Assembly: GCA_963668175.1 (NCBI GenBank)
Contig: OY764159.1
Location: forward strand, 544,001 to 608,000
From: Syntrophales bacterium
Lineage (GTDB): Bacteria; Desulfobacterota; Syntrophia; Syntrophales; PHBD01
Length of the DNA stretch: 64,000 nucleotides
Reading direction: 5' to 3'
In this document: one piece after another, positions 20,440-31,243 of the stretch
Layout: every line of letters starts with the position of its first letter
Numbering within the stretch: the first letter of the stretch is position 1
Program-made: the position numbers and the translations under genes
Notes under the pieces: generated by a model
The model's database searches: none
What the model was told of the DNA's origin: nothing
The model's input: only the letters and a program-made list of their open reading frames with translations

Positions 20440-21132
20440 TTAACTCTGTTTTTTATAAATTAGAATTTTTCGGGGATCCCCCGTAACGGGGAGAGAAAAA
20501 TCGTGACTCGCGAGACGGACCAGTGTAGCTGAAACCCTTGCCGGTTCCGCATCGGCCAATTCATCATGGACGTCCGGACCCTTCATGGCGATGAGCAGAC
20601 CCTGATCGGCGAGAAAATAACCCGCATAGATCATCAGCTCCGATAATTTAAAAACGGCCCTTGAAATAACGACATCGAAGTAGTGCTCGTAAGCCATCGT
20701 CTTCAGACATGACTCCGCCCTGCGGTTTAAGACATCAATATTCTTCAGATGCAGTGTCCGCACAACGTGTTTCAGGAAAGACGATCTCTTGCGGGATGCC
20801 TCCAGCAACGTCACCTGTAAAGACGGTGAAGCGATCTTCAAGGGGATTCCTGGAAAACCTCCGCCCGATCCTATATCCAGCAGGCGGGCCGAAGGATTGG
20901 GCAGGAATCGTAACGGGACGAGAGAGTCGATGACATGCTTAATCAGGATATCCTGGGAGGATTTCATGGACACCAGGTTGATTTTTTCATTCCATATGCT
21001 TATGGTGTCAAGATAGGACAAGAAAAGAACGATTTGATCCGGTTCCAACTTGGCCCCGACGGCGGCAGCCGCTGCGGCGATCTGTGAGGATATTGGTGAA
21101 TGTGCTGCTGGAATATCGGATAAATCGTTCAC
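20440..21132 (-). CDS. rsmG: 16S rRNA m7G527 methyltransferase
   Basis: WNEKINLV, HVIDSL, DIGSGGGFPGIPL, SRAV, MKG; start uncertain. Confidence 0.93.
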   Translation of the reverse strand: MNDLSDIPAAHSPISSQIAAAAAAVGAKLEPDQIVLFLSYLDTISIWNEKINLVSMKSSQDILIKHVIDSLVPLRFLPNPSARLLDIGSGGGFPGIPLKIASPSLQVTLLEASRKRSSFLKHVVRTLHLKNIDVLNRRAESCLKTMAYEHYFDVVISRAVFKLSELMIYAGYFLADQGLLIAMKGPDVHDELADAEPARVSATLVRLASHDFSLPVTGDPRKILIYKKQS

Positions 21133-21161
21133 GTTTCTTAAATTCCTTTAAAGGAGCGGAT

Positions 21162-21929
21162 GTGCATCACAAGGTTAATGTAAATAACGTTACGGTCGTT
21201 TTGAGCAAACCGAAATATTCCGGCAATGTCGGTTCCGTTGCGCGTTGCGCCAAAAATATGGGCGTCGAAAGAATCATGGTTGTCAACGGCCAAAACCTCC
21301 TCGAACAGGACATACTGCAGATGTCCACCCATTGTGCAGCCGATGTCGTATCGCAAATACAATACTTCGGGAACCTGGGCGACGCCCTGGCCCCGTTCCA
21401 TTACATCGTGGGCACTACGTCCCGCAAGGGTTCGGCACGGGGTCCAGTCATCTCGCCCCGCGAACTGGCTGAACAACTGGTCCAGCTCTCGCATGAAAAC
21501 GAGATCGCCCTGCTGTTCGGGTCGGAAGACAAGGGGCTGGCGAACGAAGAACTGCGTTATTGTAACGCCATCGTGACCATCCCCACGGCAGGCGATTTCA
21601 AGTCCATCAACCTCTCCCACGCCGTCATGATTTTATGTTACGAAATTCTGACGGCCCGGCTGGACAAGACGGCAGCTTTCGTGCCCAGAATGGCCACCTC
21701 CGGAGAGGTCGAAGGGATGTACGCCCACCTGAAAGCGATACTCACCAGGATCGGCTTCCTCAATCCGGAAAATCCCGACTATTGGATGATGCATATTCGC
21801 CGTTTCCTGTCAAGAACCAAGCTTTATTCCCGGGATGTGAAGATCGTCAGGGGGATATGCCGTCAAATCGACTGGTCGATTGATAACTGTGGAGCCGGGT
21901 CCGATCAGGCAAAACCCCGGGAGTTCTAG
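21162..21929 (+). CDS. trmJ: SPOUT RNA methyltransferase, TrmJ/LasT family
   Basis: PKYSGNVGSVAR..KNMG, FGSEDKGL.NEEL, SINLSHAV; GTG 21162 after AGGAG. Confidence 0.82.
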   Translation: MHHKVNVNNVTVVLSKPKYSGNVGSVARCAKNMGVERIMVVNGQNLLEQDILQMSTHCAADVVSQIQYFGNLGDALAPFHYIVGTTSRKGSARGPVISPRELAEQLVQLSHENEIALLFGSEDKGLANEELRYCNAIVTIPTAGDFKSINLSHAVMILCYEILTARLDKTAAFVPRMATSGEVEGMYAHLKAILTRIGFLNPENPDYWMMHIRRFLSRTKLYSRDVKIVRGICRQIDWSIDNCGAGSDQAKPREF

Positions 21930-22017
21930 GTTGCGCCATAAATAGTGATGGCAATTTGGCATAAAACAGTGTATTCCTTTTATGTTTATCATTTTACGAC
22001 GCACGCGGAGGGCGGCA

Positions 22018-23313
22018 ATGAAGAAAGTCTTTCAAAATCCCTGGTTCGTTCGGATCGTCGTTCTAGCGGTCTTAATCCTGCCCAGTCCTTTTCGGGGGAG
22101 CCAGGTTTACGCCTTGGACCGCAGCACCTATCAGAGCCTGAAATCATTCAATGAAATACTGGATATTATAGACAAGCAGTATGTGGAAACGGTCGAAAAG
22201 AAAGCCCTGATCCAGGGGGCCATCAACGGCATGATGAAAACCCTCGATCCCCACAGCGCGTACATGACCGCGGACATGTACAAGGAGCTCGATGTCGAGA
22301 CCAAGGGCAGTTTCGGCGGGATAGGCATTGAGATTACCGTAAAGAAGGATATCCTGACCGTCGTTTCTCCCATCGAAGATACGCCGGCCTTTAACGCCGG
22401 AATCAAGGCGGGAGACCAGATCGTCCGTATCGACGGGAAATCCACCAAGGACATTACCATTATCGAGGCCGTCAATAAACTCCGCGGTCCCAAGGATACC
22501 AAGGTCACTTTGACGATCATGCGCGAAAACGTTGCTAAGCCTTTCGATGTCGTGCTGACGCGCGCCATCATTAAAATCAAAAGCGTTCGTGCGAGAATGC
22601 TGAACGGAAATATCGGCTACATCCGCATGACGACATTCGCGGAAAGGGCCGGGGAAGACGTTAAGGGGGCTGTGCGGGATCTCGGCAAGACGGCGCCGCT
22701 CCAGGGCCTCGTGTTGGATTTGCGCAACAATCCGGGAGGTCTTTTGAATCAGGCCGTCGAGGTGTCCGATATTTTCCTGAAGTCCGGGGTTATCGTTTCC
22801 ACCCGCGGCCGGGTTAAAATGATGGAAAGCAAATCCATTGCCAAGGATGACGGTGATGAACCGACGTGTCCCATGATTATTCTCGTCAATGAAGGGACGG
22901 CAAGTGCATCGGAAATTGTGGCCGGCGCCCTCCAGGATAACGGCCGCGCCTTGATCCTGGGCACACAGACATTCGGCAAGGGATCCGTTCAGACGGTCAT
23001 ACCGCTGGATGACGGGTCGGCCTTGAAGTTGACGACGGCGAAATTCTATACTCCCAATGGCCGTTCCATTCAGGCCGACGGTATCCTTCCCGACGTCCTG
23101 ATCAAGGTCGACAGGACACCTGGCGAGAAAGAGGTCCCTGAAGATGCGGTAAGGGAAAAAGACCTGAAAGGGCATATCAAATCGCCCAAGGAACGCGAAG
23201 GGAGACCGGAAGATACTCCTCACAAGGAACTGGGTGAGATCAGTCAGGACAGTCAGCTGAAGGCGGCCGTAGACATCTTAAAGAGCTGGGAGATCTTCAG
23301 GAAAAGCAGATAA
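22018..23313 (+). CDS. ctpA: C-terminal processing peptidase S41A with PDZ domain
   Basis: LDPHSAY, GIGIEI, DLRNNPGGLL, ASASEIVAGALQD, TFGKGSVQ; ATG 22018 after GGAGG. Confidence 0.93.
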   Translation: MKKVFQNPWFVRIVVLAVLILPSPFRGSQVYALDRSTYQSLKSFNEILDIIDKQYVETVEKKALIQGAINGMMKTLDPHSAYMTADMYKELDVETKGSFGGIGIEITVKKDILTVVSPIEDTPAFNAGIKAGDQIVRIDGKSTKDITIIEAVNKLRGPKDTKVTLTIMRENVAKPFDVVLTRAIIKIKSVRARMLNGNIGYIRMTTFAERAGEDVKGAVRDLGKTAPLQGLVLDLRNNPGGLLNQAVEVSDIFLKSGVIVSTRGRVKMMESKSIAKDDGDEPTCPMIILVNEGTASASEIVAGALQDNGRALILGTQTFGKGSVQTVIPLDDGSALKLTTAKFYTPNGRSIQADGILPDVLIKVDRTPGEKEVPEDAVREKDLKGHIKSPKEREGRPEDTPHKELGEISQDSQLKAAVDILKSWEIFRKSR

Positions 23314-23318
23314 ATTTT

Positions 23319-24311
23319 ATGGGACGACGGGGAGGAAAATCGGGAAAGCGGCGCAACATTTACGCTGTACTCATCGCGGTTGTTGCGATGATTGCCATTG
23401 CAGTTATTGCCTATGTGATCCACACGGAGCGCCGTTCCGGAACCGAGCGTCCCGTGCCGGCCGAGAAAGGCAGGCCGCTGTCCAGACAGCCCGAGATACC
23501 TCCACAACCTGCCCCCGAGCAAAAGAAGGTCGTCCAGGAACCAGAAGGGACGGAAGAGAAGCCGCCTAAGGAAAAAGAGAAACGTCCGGACGTCAAGAAA
23601 GTGGCCATCATCATCGACGACATCGGTTACGATCTTGCGCCCGTCAGGGAATTGGTCCAAATCGAGGCCCCAGTAACCTTCGCCGTCTTCCCGTTCGGGC
23701 CGCATTCCGTCGAGGCGGCCAAGACCCTGCACAGACACGGAAAACAAATCCTGTTGCATTTGCCCATGGAGCCCCGCCTGTATCCGAAAATCAAAGTGGA
23801 CAAAGGCGCTCTCCTTACGGCGATGGACCGTGAGCAAGTGCGGAGTCAGCTTGACGCAGACCTTAAGGCCGTGCCCCATATCGCAGGGGTTAACAACCAT
23901 ATGGGGTCCCGTTTCATGGAGGATCCGGAAAAACTGTCCGTTGTCATGCAGGAGATTAAAAACAAGGGCCTCTTTTTTATCGACAGCCGGACGACGCCTC
24001 TCTCCAGAGGACGGCAAGTGGCCGCCTCGGTCGGTGTCCCTTTTGCGGCGAGAAAAATCTTTCTCGATAACGATAAGAGTTACCATGAAACCCGAAAAAG
24101 TCTTATGATGATTATCCAGCAGAAAAAGAACGGGGATTTGAACGATGTCATCCTGATCGGTCACCCCCGCAGCAGCACGATTGAAGCCCTCAAAAGTGTC
24201 CTGCCTTTGTTTAAGGAACAAGGTATTGAAGTCGTTTCCGCTTCCGGGATGGTCCGGCAAGTGCAGGAACGTAATATAAGCCGCAGGTCGTCCTCACATG
24301 CCGCCGATTAA
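23319..24311 (+). CDS. Divergent polysaccharide deacetylase (YibQ family), membrane-anchored
   Basis: IIIDDIG, LHLPMEP, NNHMGS, FIDSRT, IGHP; N-terminal TM and Pro/Glu/Lys linker. Confidence 0.9.
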   Translation: MGRRGGKSGKRRNIYAVLIAVVAMIAIAVIAYVIHTERRSGTERPVPAEKGRPLSRQPEIPPQPAPEQKKVVQEPEGTEEKPPKEKEKRPDVKKVAIIIDDIGYDLAPVRELVQIEAPVTFAVFPFGPHSVEAAKTLHRHGKQILLHLPMEPRLYPKIKVDKGALLTAMDREQVRSQLDADLKAVPHIAGVNNHMGSRFMEDPEKLSVVMQEIKNKGLFFIDSRTTPLSRGRQVAASVGVPFAARKIFLDNDKSYHETRKSLMMIIQQKKNGDLNDVILIGHPRSSTIEALKSVLPLFKEQGIEVVSASGMVRQVQERNISRRSSSHAAD

Positions 24312-26010
24312 AATCCGTTTGAGCGCAGTTCTGGTTGCCAGTTGCCTCTTGCTTACGGCAGGATGCGTATCGTTGCGCACTCAGGATGCCGCCCTTTGGG
24401 ATGATCGTCATTCCGATTCGAGCAATGCGGCGTTCCACTATTCATTGGGTGTGCTCAACAGTGTGAACGACAATGCCGACGAGGCTATGGCCGAGTTCGA
24501 AAAGGCTTTAAGTTTCGACCCCCAATCCGCTTTTCTGGCGACGGAACTGGCCGGTCTCTATGTCGAGAACGGCCACAACAATAAAGCCCTGTCGGTCCTC
24601 AAAACAGGCCTGGCCTACAATCCCCAGGATCTGGACATCCACCTCCTCCTGGGGCGGGTTTATGTCCATCTCAAAGATTATAAGAATGCCATCAAGGAGC
24701 ACAAATGGGTTATCCGGAAGGACCCCAAAAACCTTACGGCCTATCTTTATCTGGCAAGTCTCTATGGAGAAACGAAGAAATACGACATGGCCTTGGAAGT
24801 CGTCGACAAGCTTGTCGAGTTGGACCCGGATCATTTGCTGGGCAACTATTACCGGGCCAAGATCTTAAGCGAAACGGGTCGCTACGAGGACGCTGAAAAA
24901 GCCCTGAAAAAGACGCTGATCCTAAGGCCGGGATTTGAATCGGCTTTGATTGATCTCGTGGTCCTTTACGAAAAGCAGAAAAAGTTCGATAAGGCGATTG
25001 AAACATATCGGAGCTTCATCGCGTTTTATCCTGTCCGCATCAATATCCGCGCAAAACTGGCCGACTTGCTGATTCGCGAGCAGAAATTCGATGAGGCGGA
25101 AGTTGTTCTTAAAGAAGCCCTGAGCCTCGACAGCCGCAATAAGGATATCCGCATTACGTTGGCTATCCTGTATATGGATCGCAAGAAGTATCAGGAAGCG
25201 ATGGCCGTGTTCAGCGCCCTGCTCCAGGAGGACCCCGCGGATCATCGAGCCCGCTTCTTGCTGGCATCCGTGTACGAGGAAATGAAGGATAACGACCGGG
25301 CGCTGGCCGAATTCGGACGCATTCCCGAAAGCTCTGAACTTTACGGCAATGCCAGGATTCACATGGGCGTCCTCTTGAAAAAAGAAGGAAAAGTGGATCA
25401 GGCTATTGAACATTTAAAAAGCGCCTTGGAGCAGAAACCAGACCAGGCGAGCCTGTACGTCTTTATGTCTTCTCTTTACGAGGACAAGAACAACGTTGCA
25501 GAAGCGGAAGCGGTTTTAAAGAAAGGACGCTCCCGGCTGCCCGAGAACACGGATATACTTTACAGCCTCGGCGTCCTTTATGAAAAAACGAACCGATTCG
25601 AAGAAAGCATCGTCCTGATGGAATCCATTCTGAAAATAGATGCCAACTATGCCGATGCCCTCAATTTTATCGGTTACAGCTATGCCGACAGGGGCATGCA
25701 TCTTGAAAAAGCGGAACAGATGATCATCAAGGCCCTCAAAATAAAACCCGGAAACGGATACATCATCGACAGCCTGGGTTGGGTTTATTTCAAGATGAAC
25801 AAAATCGACAAAGCCATCAAATACTTGAAAGAGGCTTTGGAGTTGCAGCCCGAGGACGCATCCATTGCGGAACATTTGGGCGATGTTTATGCGAAAGCAG
25901 GCCGGATCAAAGAGGCGCTGGATGTGTATCGGCGTGCCTTAAAGATAAACCCTGGCAACGGTGTCTTACAGAAGAAAATCAACGAATTGACGAAGGTGAA
26001 AAATTCTTAG
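24298..26010 (+). CDS. TPR-repeat lipoprotein (LbcA-like)
   Basis: Lipobox LTAG-C; TPRs along the whole length; ALNFIGYSYAD and IIDSLGWVYF C-terminal repeats. Confidence 0.85.
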   Translation: MPPIKIRLSAVLVASCLLLTAGCVSLRTQDAALWDDRHSDSSNAAFHYSLGVLNSVNDNADEAMAEFEKALSFDPQSAFLATELAGLYVENGHNNKALSVLKTGLAYNPQDLDIHLLLGRVYVHLKDYKNAIKEHKWVIRKDPKNLTAYLYLASLYGETKKYDMALEVVDKLVELDPDHLLGNYYRAKILSETGRYEDAEKALKKTLILRPGFESALIDLVVLYEKQKKFDKAIETYRSFIAFYPVRINIRAKLADLLIREQKFDEAEVVLKEALSLDSRNKDIRITLAILYMDRKKYQEAMAVFSALLQEDPADHRARFLLASVYEEMKDNDRALAEFGRIPESSELYGNARIHMGVLLKKEGKVDQAIEHLKSALEQKPDQASLYVFMSSLYEDKNNVAEAEAVLKKGRSRLPENTDILYSLGVLYEKTNRFEESIVLMESILKIDANYADALNFIGYSYADRGMHLEKAEQMIIKALKIKPGNGYIIDSLGWVYFKMNKIDKAIKYLKEALELQPEDASIAEHLGDVYAKAGRIKEALDVYRRALKINPGNGVLQKKINELTKVKNS

Positions 26011-26156
26011 TCGATCCCTGCCACAGGGAACTCGTTTTCCGGTTACGCGACGCCCTTCCTCATATAGCTGCGGCATATGGCTTCGTGACCGGCGGAGAAA
26101 CCGCTGTGCGCCCGGGTTTCAAGCGAGTAAGGTGCATGATTTAAGAAAGATATCCC

Positions 26157-26981
26157 ATGAAATGGACGTTCACGCTTGCACTTGCGAGAAAGTGCTGGAT
26201 TTCCGCGGTCATTATGCTGTGCATCGGGTGCGGGACGATGACAGTCAAAAACGGCGGTAACGTCAACGATTTGCATTCGCCTGAGGCCGCATGGCAAGCC
26301 GTTGCTCAACAGGACATGGACGCAAAGACCCTCAAAGCCATTGTCCGCATCAGGGTAAGCGAAGACGGTCGTCAGCAGTTCTCTTTGAAAGGGGCGGTGA
26401 TGGCCAGAAAACCGCAGTATTTGCGATTTGAGGATCTCCCTTTAATCGGTCTCCCGGACTTCTTCCTGACGATCAACGATGAAAAGATCAAGGTGTTTAT
26501 ACCTGACCGGGCTTCGTTTTACATCGGAGAAGCATCCCGGGAGAACCTGGCTGCCTTTTTCCCCCTGCCGCTGGCCCCGGAAGCAGTTGTTGCCCTGCTC
26601 ATGGGAACTTACCCCCAAACGGTGAAAACAGCATTCTTCAATATGCAAGGCAGGCGTGAGGATAACAACTACCGCCTGGACCTGTTGCACAACGACCGTA
26701 TCCGCCATTCCTTTTTAATCGCACCTGATGACCATCGTCTCGTCCGCTACGAGTCGTTCAACGAGTCGGGAGTGCTGCAATATCGGGCAATATACGATCA
26801 ATTCACCCGGGAACAGGGCTTTTCCGTGCCTGCGGAAATTACCTTAACGACGGGAGGCCGTGATTCCAAAGAGGTGATTATCAAGTTGTCGGATATCCAG
26901 CTGGTTCAGGACGGCGACCTTGCACCTTATGATCTTTCAACGCCGCCGGATGCCCGCATTATTCCGCTGAACGGTCGTTGA
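26157..26981 (+). CDS. Putative lipoprotein, LolB/DUF4292-like
   Basis: Signal peptide ending CIG-C; beta-strand pattern reminiscent of the LolA/LolB fold; follows the TPR lipoprotein. Confidence 0.6.
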   Translation: MKWTFTLALARKCWISAVIMLCIGCGTMTVKNGGNVNDLHSPEAAWQAVAQQDMDAKTLKAIVRIRVSEDGRQQFSLKGAVMARKPQYLRFEDLPLIGLPDFFLTINDEKIKVFIPDRASFYIGEASRENLAAFFPLPLAPEAVVALLMGTYPQTVKTAFFNMQGRREDNNYRLDLLHNDRIRHSFLIAPDDHRLVRYESFNESGVLQYRAIYDQFTREQGFSVPAEITLTTGGRDSKEVIIKLSDIQLVQDGDLAPYDLSTPPDARIIPLNGR

Positions 26982-27003
26982 TAACATACATGCCTTAAAA
27001 ATA

Positions 27004-27035
27004 AAAACCCTGAGAGGAATTCCCCTCAGGGTTTT
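27004..27035. terminator. Bidirectional intrinsic terminator
   Basis: AAAACCCTGAG...CTCAGGGTTTT, a perfect 11 bp inverted repeat between convergent genes. Confidence 0.85.
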
Positions 27036-27068
27036 GTAGTTTCTTGACGATAAAGGGCGGCGGGTCCC

Positions 27069-27908
27069 CTACTTCAGATCGCCGAGCTTTTGCCGCGCAA
27101 TGCGGGCCTGGTTCGTGTTGGGATAATCCTTGATTACCTGTTGCAGAATCAGCCTAGCGCTGGATTTATCCCCCAATTTTTGAAAAGAGAGCCCTTGTTT
27201 TAATAGAGCACTTGATACTTTATTGCCTTCCGGATAGTTCTTGACGACTTTCTCATATTCGATGATGGCTTTTTCGAATTTATTTTCAAAGTAATAGCAC
27301 TCACCGATCCAGAACTGAGCGTTGCCCGCCTGCTCTGCATCGGGATACTGCTTCAGGAAACTTTGAAAATCGGATCTCGATTTTGCATACTTGCCGTCTT
27401 TGAAAGCGGCATAAGCCGCCTCATAGGCGGCCTCCTTGTCCGACTTTCCCCGGGCAGCAGGTTTGTTGGGCACCATTCCTGTTTTGTTGTTCTTATCGTC
27501 CGAGACTTCCTTGCCGATGCCAAGATAATTCTCCAAGAAAGTTACCTTGAAGGCAAGACTTTCCAACTTGTCTTTGACTTCCTTAAGTGCTGCAGAGTCG
27601 TCCTTTTTCAGAATATCGATCTGGCCTCTCAGCTGTTGAATGCTGTCCTTCAGTTCCGTGATGTCCGTACCGGAATCGGCCTGGTTCTTCTGGATGGCGC
27701 TGATGGCCTCTCTGTTCTTTGCCAGAGAAGAGGTACTATCAGCCTTCAGGCTTTGCATGGTTTGTTCCTGGGCCTTCGTCTTCTCTTCCAGGGTATAGAT
27801 CTTCTGGTCCAACTCCGAGCGCATGCGCCTCAAGTCCTGAGGCGTGGCGCACCCTCCGATCAGAACAGCGACGATCGTCACACTAAGGAACGCATAAAAG
27901 GATTTCAA
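27069..27908 (-). CDS. cpoB: Tol-Pal associated protein CpoB/YbgF (lipoprotein form)
   Basis: Lipobox IGG-C, coiled coil, TPR domain NAQFWIGECYY...ALLKQG; directly downstream of pal. Confidence 0.88.
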   Translation of the reverse strand: MKSFYAFLSVTIVAVLIGGCATPQDLRRMRSELDQKIYTLEEKTKAQEQTMQSLKADSTSSLAKNREAISAIQKNQADSGTDITELKDSIQQLRGQIDILKKDDSAALKEVKDKLESLAFKVTFLENYLGIGKEVSDDKNNKTGMVPNKPAARGKSDKEAAYEAAYAAFKDGKYAKSRSDFQSFLKQYPDAEQAGNAQFWIGECYYFENKFEKAIIEYEKVVKNYPEGNKVSSALLKQGLSFQKLGDKSSARLILQQVIKDYPNTNQARIARQKLGDLK

Positions 27909-27932
27909 CTCCTCTTCTCCCTGCTTCAGCTA

Positions 27933-28466
27933 TTATTGAATGGCAAACTCGTCTCTTCTATTTTTGGCCCAGGCTTCTTCATTATGACCGGGGTCCAGCG
28001 GTTTCTCTTTGCCATAGCTAACCGTTTTAATGCGATTTTTTGCAACACCCAGGTTGGTGAGGTATTTGGCCGCGGCATCGGCTCGTCTTTGACCCAAGGC
28101 CAAGTTGTATTCCGCAGTGCCCCGTTCGTCACAGTTGCCCGCGATCGTGATGTTGACGGCATTGTTGGCCTTCAGCCAGTCGGCATGTTTCTTCAATGTG
28201 TCCTTGCTGTTGTCCTTAAGAAGCGCTTTGTCGAAATCAAAATATATGTTTGCAAATTCATAGGCTTCCGGAGCGGCCTGGGCCTGGGGGGCCTGTTCCT
28301 GCTCCACCTTCGGTGCCGGTTTGGCTTCCGGAGCGGCCTGGGCTGCCACTTTCTGCTCGCCTGCGGCCTCATCCTTGACGGCGGCTTTCTGACTGCATCC
28401 TACAAAGGCGACAAGAGTCAAACAAAAAAACAAGGTCATTATTTTAACTAAAAAGTGTTTCATCAT
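27933..28466 (-). CDS. pal: Peptidoglycan-associated lipoprotein
   Basis: Lipobox FVG-C; IYFDFD, GNCDERGTAEYNLALGQRRA, SYGKEKP, NRR. Confidence 0.95.
   Translation of the reverse strand: MMKHFLVKIMTLFFCLTLVAFVGCSQKAAVKDEAAGEQKVAAQAAPEAKPAPKVEQEQAPQAQAAPEAYEFANIYFDFDKALLKDNSKDTLKKHADWLKANNAVNITIAGNCDERGTAEYNLALGQRRADAAAKYLTNLGVAKNRIKTVSYGKEKPLDPGHNEEAWAKNRRDEFAIQ
28263..28343. repeat. 21 bp direct repeat inside the pal linker
   Basis: GGCTTCCGGAGCGGCCTGGGC at 28263 and 28323 (60 nt apart), encoding AQAAPEA twice. Confidence 0.85.
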
Positions 28467-28631
28467 GCCTTCTCCTTTCTTTGGGCGGTGAATTGATGTA
28501 TCACTTGATGCACTTGACAAGTACACTAACCACAATATGGCGGACAGGTCAACAGAATAATCGCCATGAGTTCTCGAATCTTCCGGCGGTCGCCCTTGTT
28601 ATACAACCCATGGCGATGCTGTCTTGGGCAT

Positions 28632-30044
28632 TCATTTGCTTTGAGCGGCGTATGCAATAGCTCTTTCGATTCGCTTGGCAACCCGGTCCTTACCCAGGGT
28701 GATCATGATTTCATCGAGACCGGGACTGACTGTTTTCCCCGTTAGTGCAACGCGCAAAGGCTGGGCGATCACCTTGAGTTTGATGTCTCTCTGTTCGCTG
28801 ATCTGTTTCAAGAAACGTTCTATACCCTCCCGGGAATAATCATCGAGGGCGGCCAATTGGTTCACGATGGCTTCAAGATGGCCGGCATTGTCTGCGGTCA
28901 GGAATTTCTCGGCCGCTTCCGTCTGGTAAGGGAAGTCGTCGGCGAAGTAGAACAGACCGGCGTCGGCAAGTTCTGCGAGGGTTTTGACCCTTGTTTTGAG
29001 GTCGTTGACCACTTGCTCCAAGAAATGTGTATCCTCCACGGCGATGTTCATCTTCTTCCAGAAGGGGATCATTTCCTGTCCGAGCCGGTCGCCGGGCCGG
29101 TCTTTTAAATAGTGCTGATTGAGCCACAAAAGCTTGTCGGGATTGAAAACCGCTGCGGATTTGCCGATTGCATCGAGCGAAAAAAGCGAGATCAGCTCTT
29201 CCAGCGTGAAGATTTCCTGGTCGCCGTGCGACCACCCGAGCCTGACAAGGTAGTTCACCAAAGCCTCCGGGAGATACCCCATATCCTTGTAAGCCATCAC
29301 GGAGGTGGCGCCGTGGCGCTTGCTGAGCCGCGCCTTGTCGGCTCCCAGAATCATCGGCACATGGCCGAATTGCGGGACATCGTATTTCAGGGCTTGATAA
29401 AGCAAGATCTGTCTCGGTGTGTTGTTCACATGGTCGTCGCCGCGGATGACATGGGTGATGCCCATCTCGGCGTCGTCAACGACGACGGCAAAATTGTACG
29501 TGGGGTAACCGTCGCTCCGTTCGATGATCAAGTCATCCAACTCTTCGTTGTTAAAGGTAATATTGCCCTTGATGAGATCGCGTACGACGGTTGTTCCGAC
29601 ATCGGGGCAGCGGAATCTGACGACGGCATTGGGAGACCGGGGCAGGTCCTTGTCGCGGCAGGTTCCGTCATACTTCGGCTTGCGTCCTTCGGCCAGGGCT
29701 TTTTTGCGTTTTGCTTCCAGTTCTTCCGGGGTGCAGATGCACCGGTAGGCCTTGCCTTCATCGAGAAGCTGCTGAATTTTCTGTCGGTGCAGATCGACGC
29801 GCTGTGCCTGGAATATGGGACCCTCGTCCCAGTCCAGTCCCAGCCATTCCATGGCATCGAGAATTGCCTTGGTCGACTCCTCCGTGGAACGCAGCTGGTC
29901 CGTATCCTCTACTCTTAAAACAAAAGTTCCTCGGTTGTGCCTGGTGAACAACCAGTTGAATAACGCCGTTCTCGCCCCGCCGATATGGAGAAAACCCGTC
30001 GGGGAAGGGGCAAAGCGCGTTCTGACGTTTGATTTGTCTGACAT
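28632..30044 (-). CDS. gltX: Glutamate--tRNA ligase
   Basis: [33 protein letters not shown]; start ATG 30044. Confidence 0.97.
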   Translation of the reverse strand: MSDKSNVRTRFAPSPTGFLHIGGARTALFNWLFTRHNRGTFVLRVEDTDQLRSTEESTKAILDAMEWLGLDWDEGPIFQAQRVDLHRQKIQQLLDEGKAYRCICTPEELEAKRKKALAEGRKPKYDGTCRDKDLPRSPNAVVRFRCPDVGTTVVRDLIKGNITFNNEELDDLIIERSDGYPTYNFAVVVDDAEMGITHVIRGDDHVNNTPRQILLYQALKYDVPQFGHVPMILGADKARLSKRHGATSVMAYKDMGYLPEALVNYLVRLGWSHGDQEIFTLEELISLFSLDAIGKSAAVFNPDKLLWLNQHYLKDRPGDRLGQEMIPFWKKMNIAVEDTHFLEQVVNDLKTRVKTLAELADAGLFYFADDFPYQTEAAEKFLTADNAGHLEAIVNQLAALDDYSREGIERFLKQISEQRDIKLKVIAQPLRVALTGKTVSPGLDEIMITLGKDRVAKRIERAIAYAAQSK

Positions 30045-30118
30045 ATGGTATCCTTGGTATGTAAAGGTTGAAACGGTCATCTTGTACTTCAAGCAAGACG
30101 CTTACGCTGCAGGCGGTA

Positions 30119-31162
<1,044 letters not shown>

Positions 31163-31243
31163 TCAGTCCGGCCAGGGCTTTTCCCTGTTGCAAATTCGTG
31201 AGCTCTGATATAGTTATGGCCCATCACGCGGAGGTATGACAGC

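Noticed and set aside
26058..26110. Resemblance to a purine riboswitch (CTCATATA...ATATGG...ACCGG...AAA)
   Set aside because: The J2/3 UUUCUAC core and CCGUAAA loop are missing, P2 pairs poorly, and the downstream gene is unrelated to purines. Kept only as a generic structured element.
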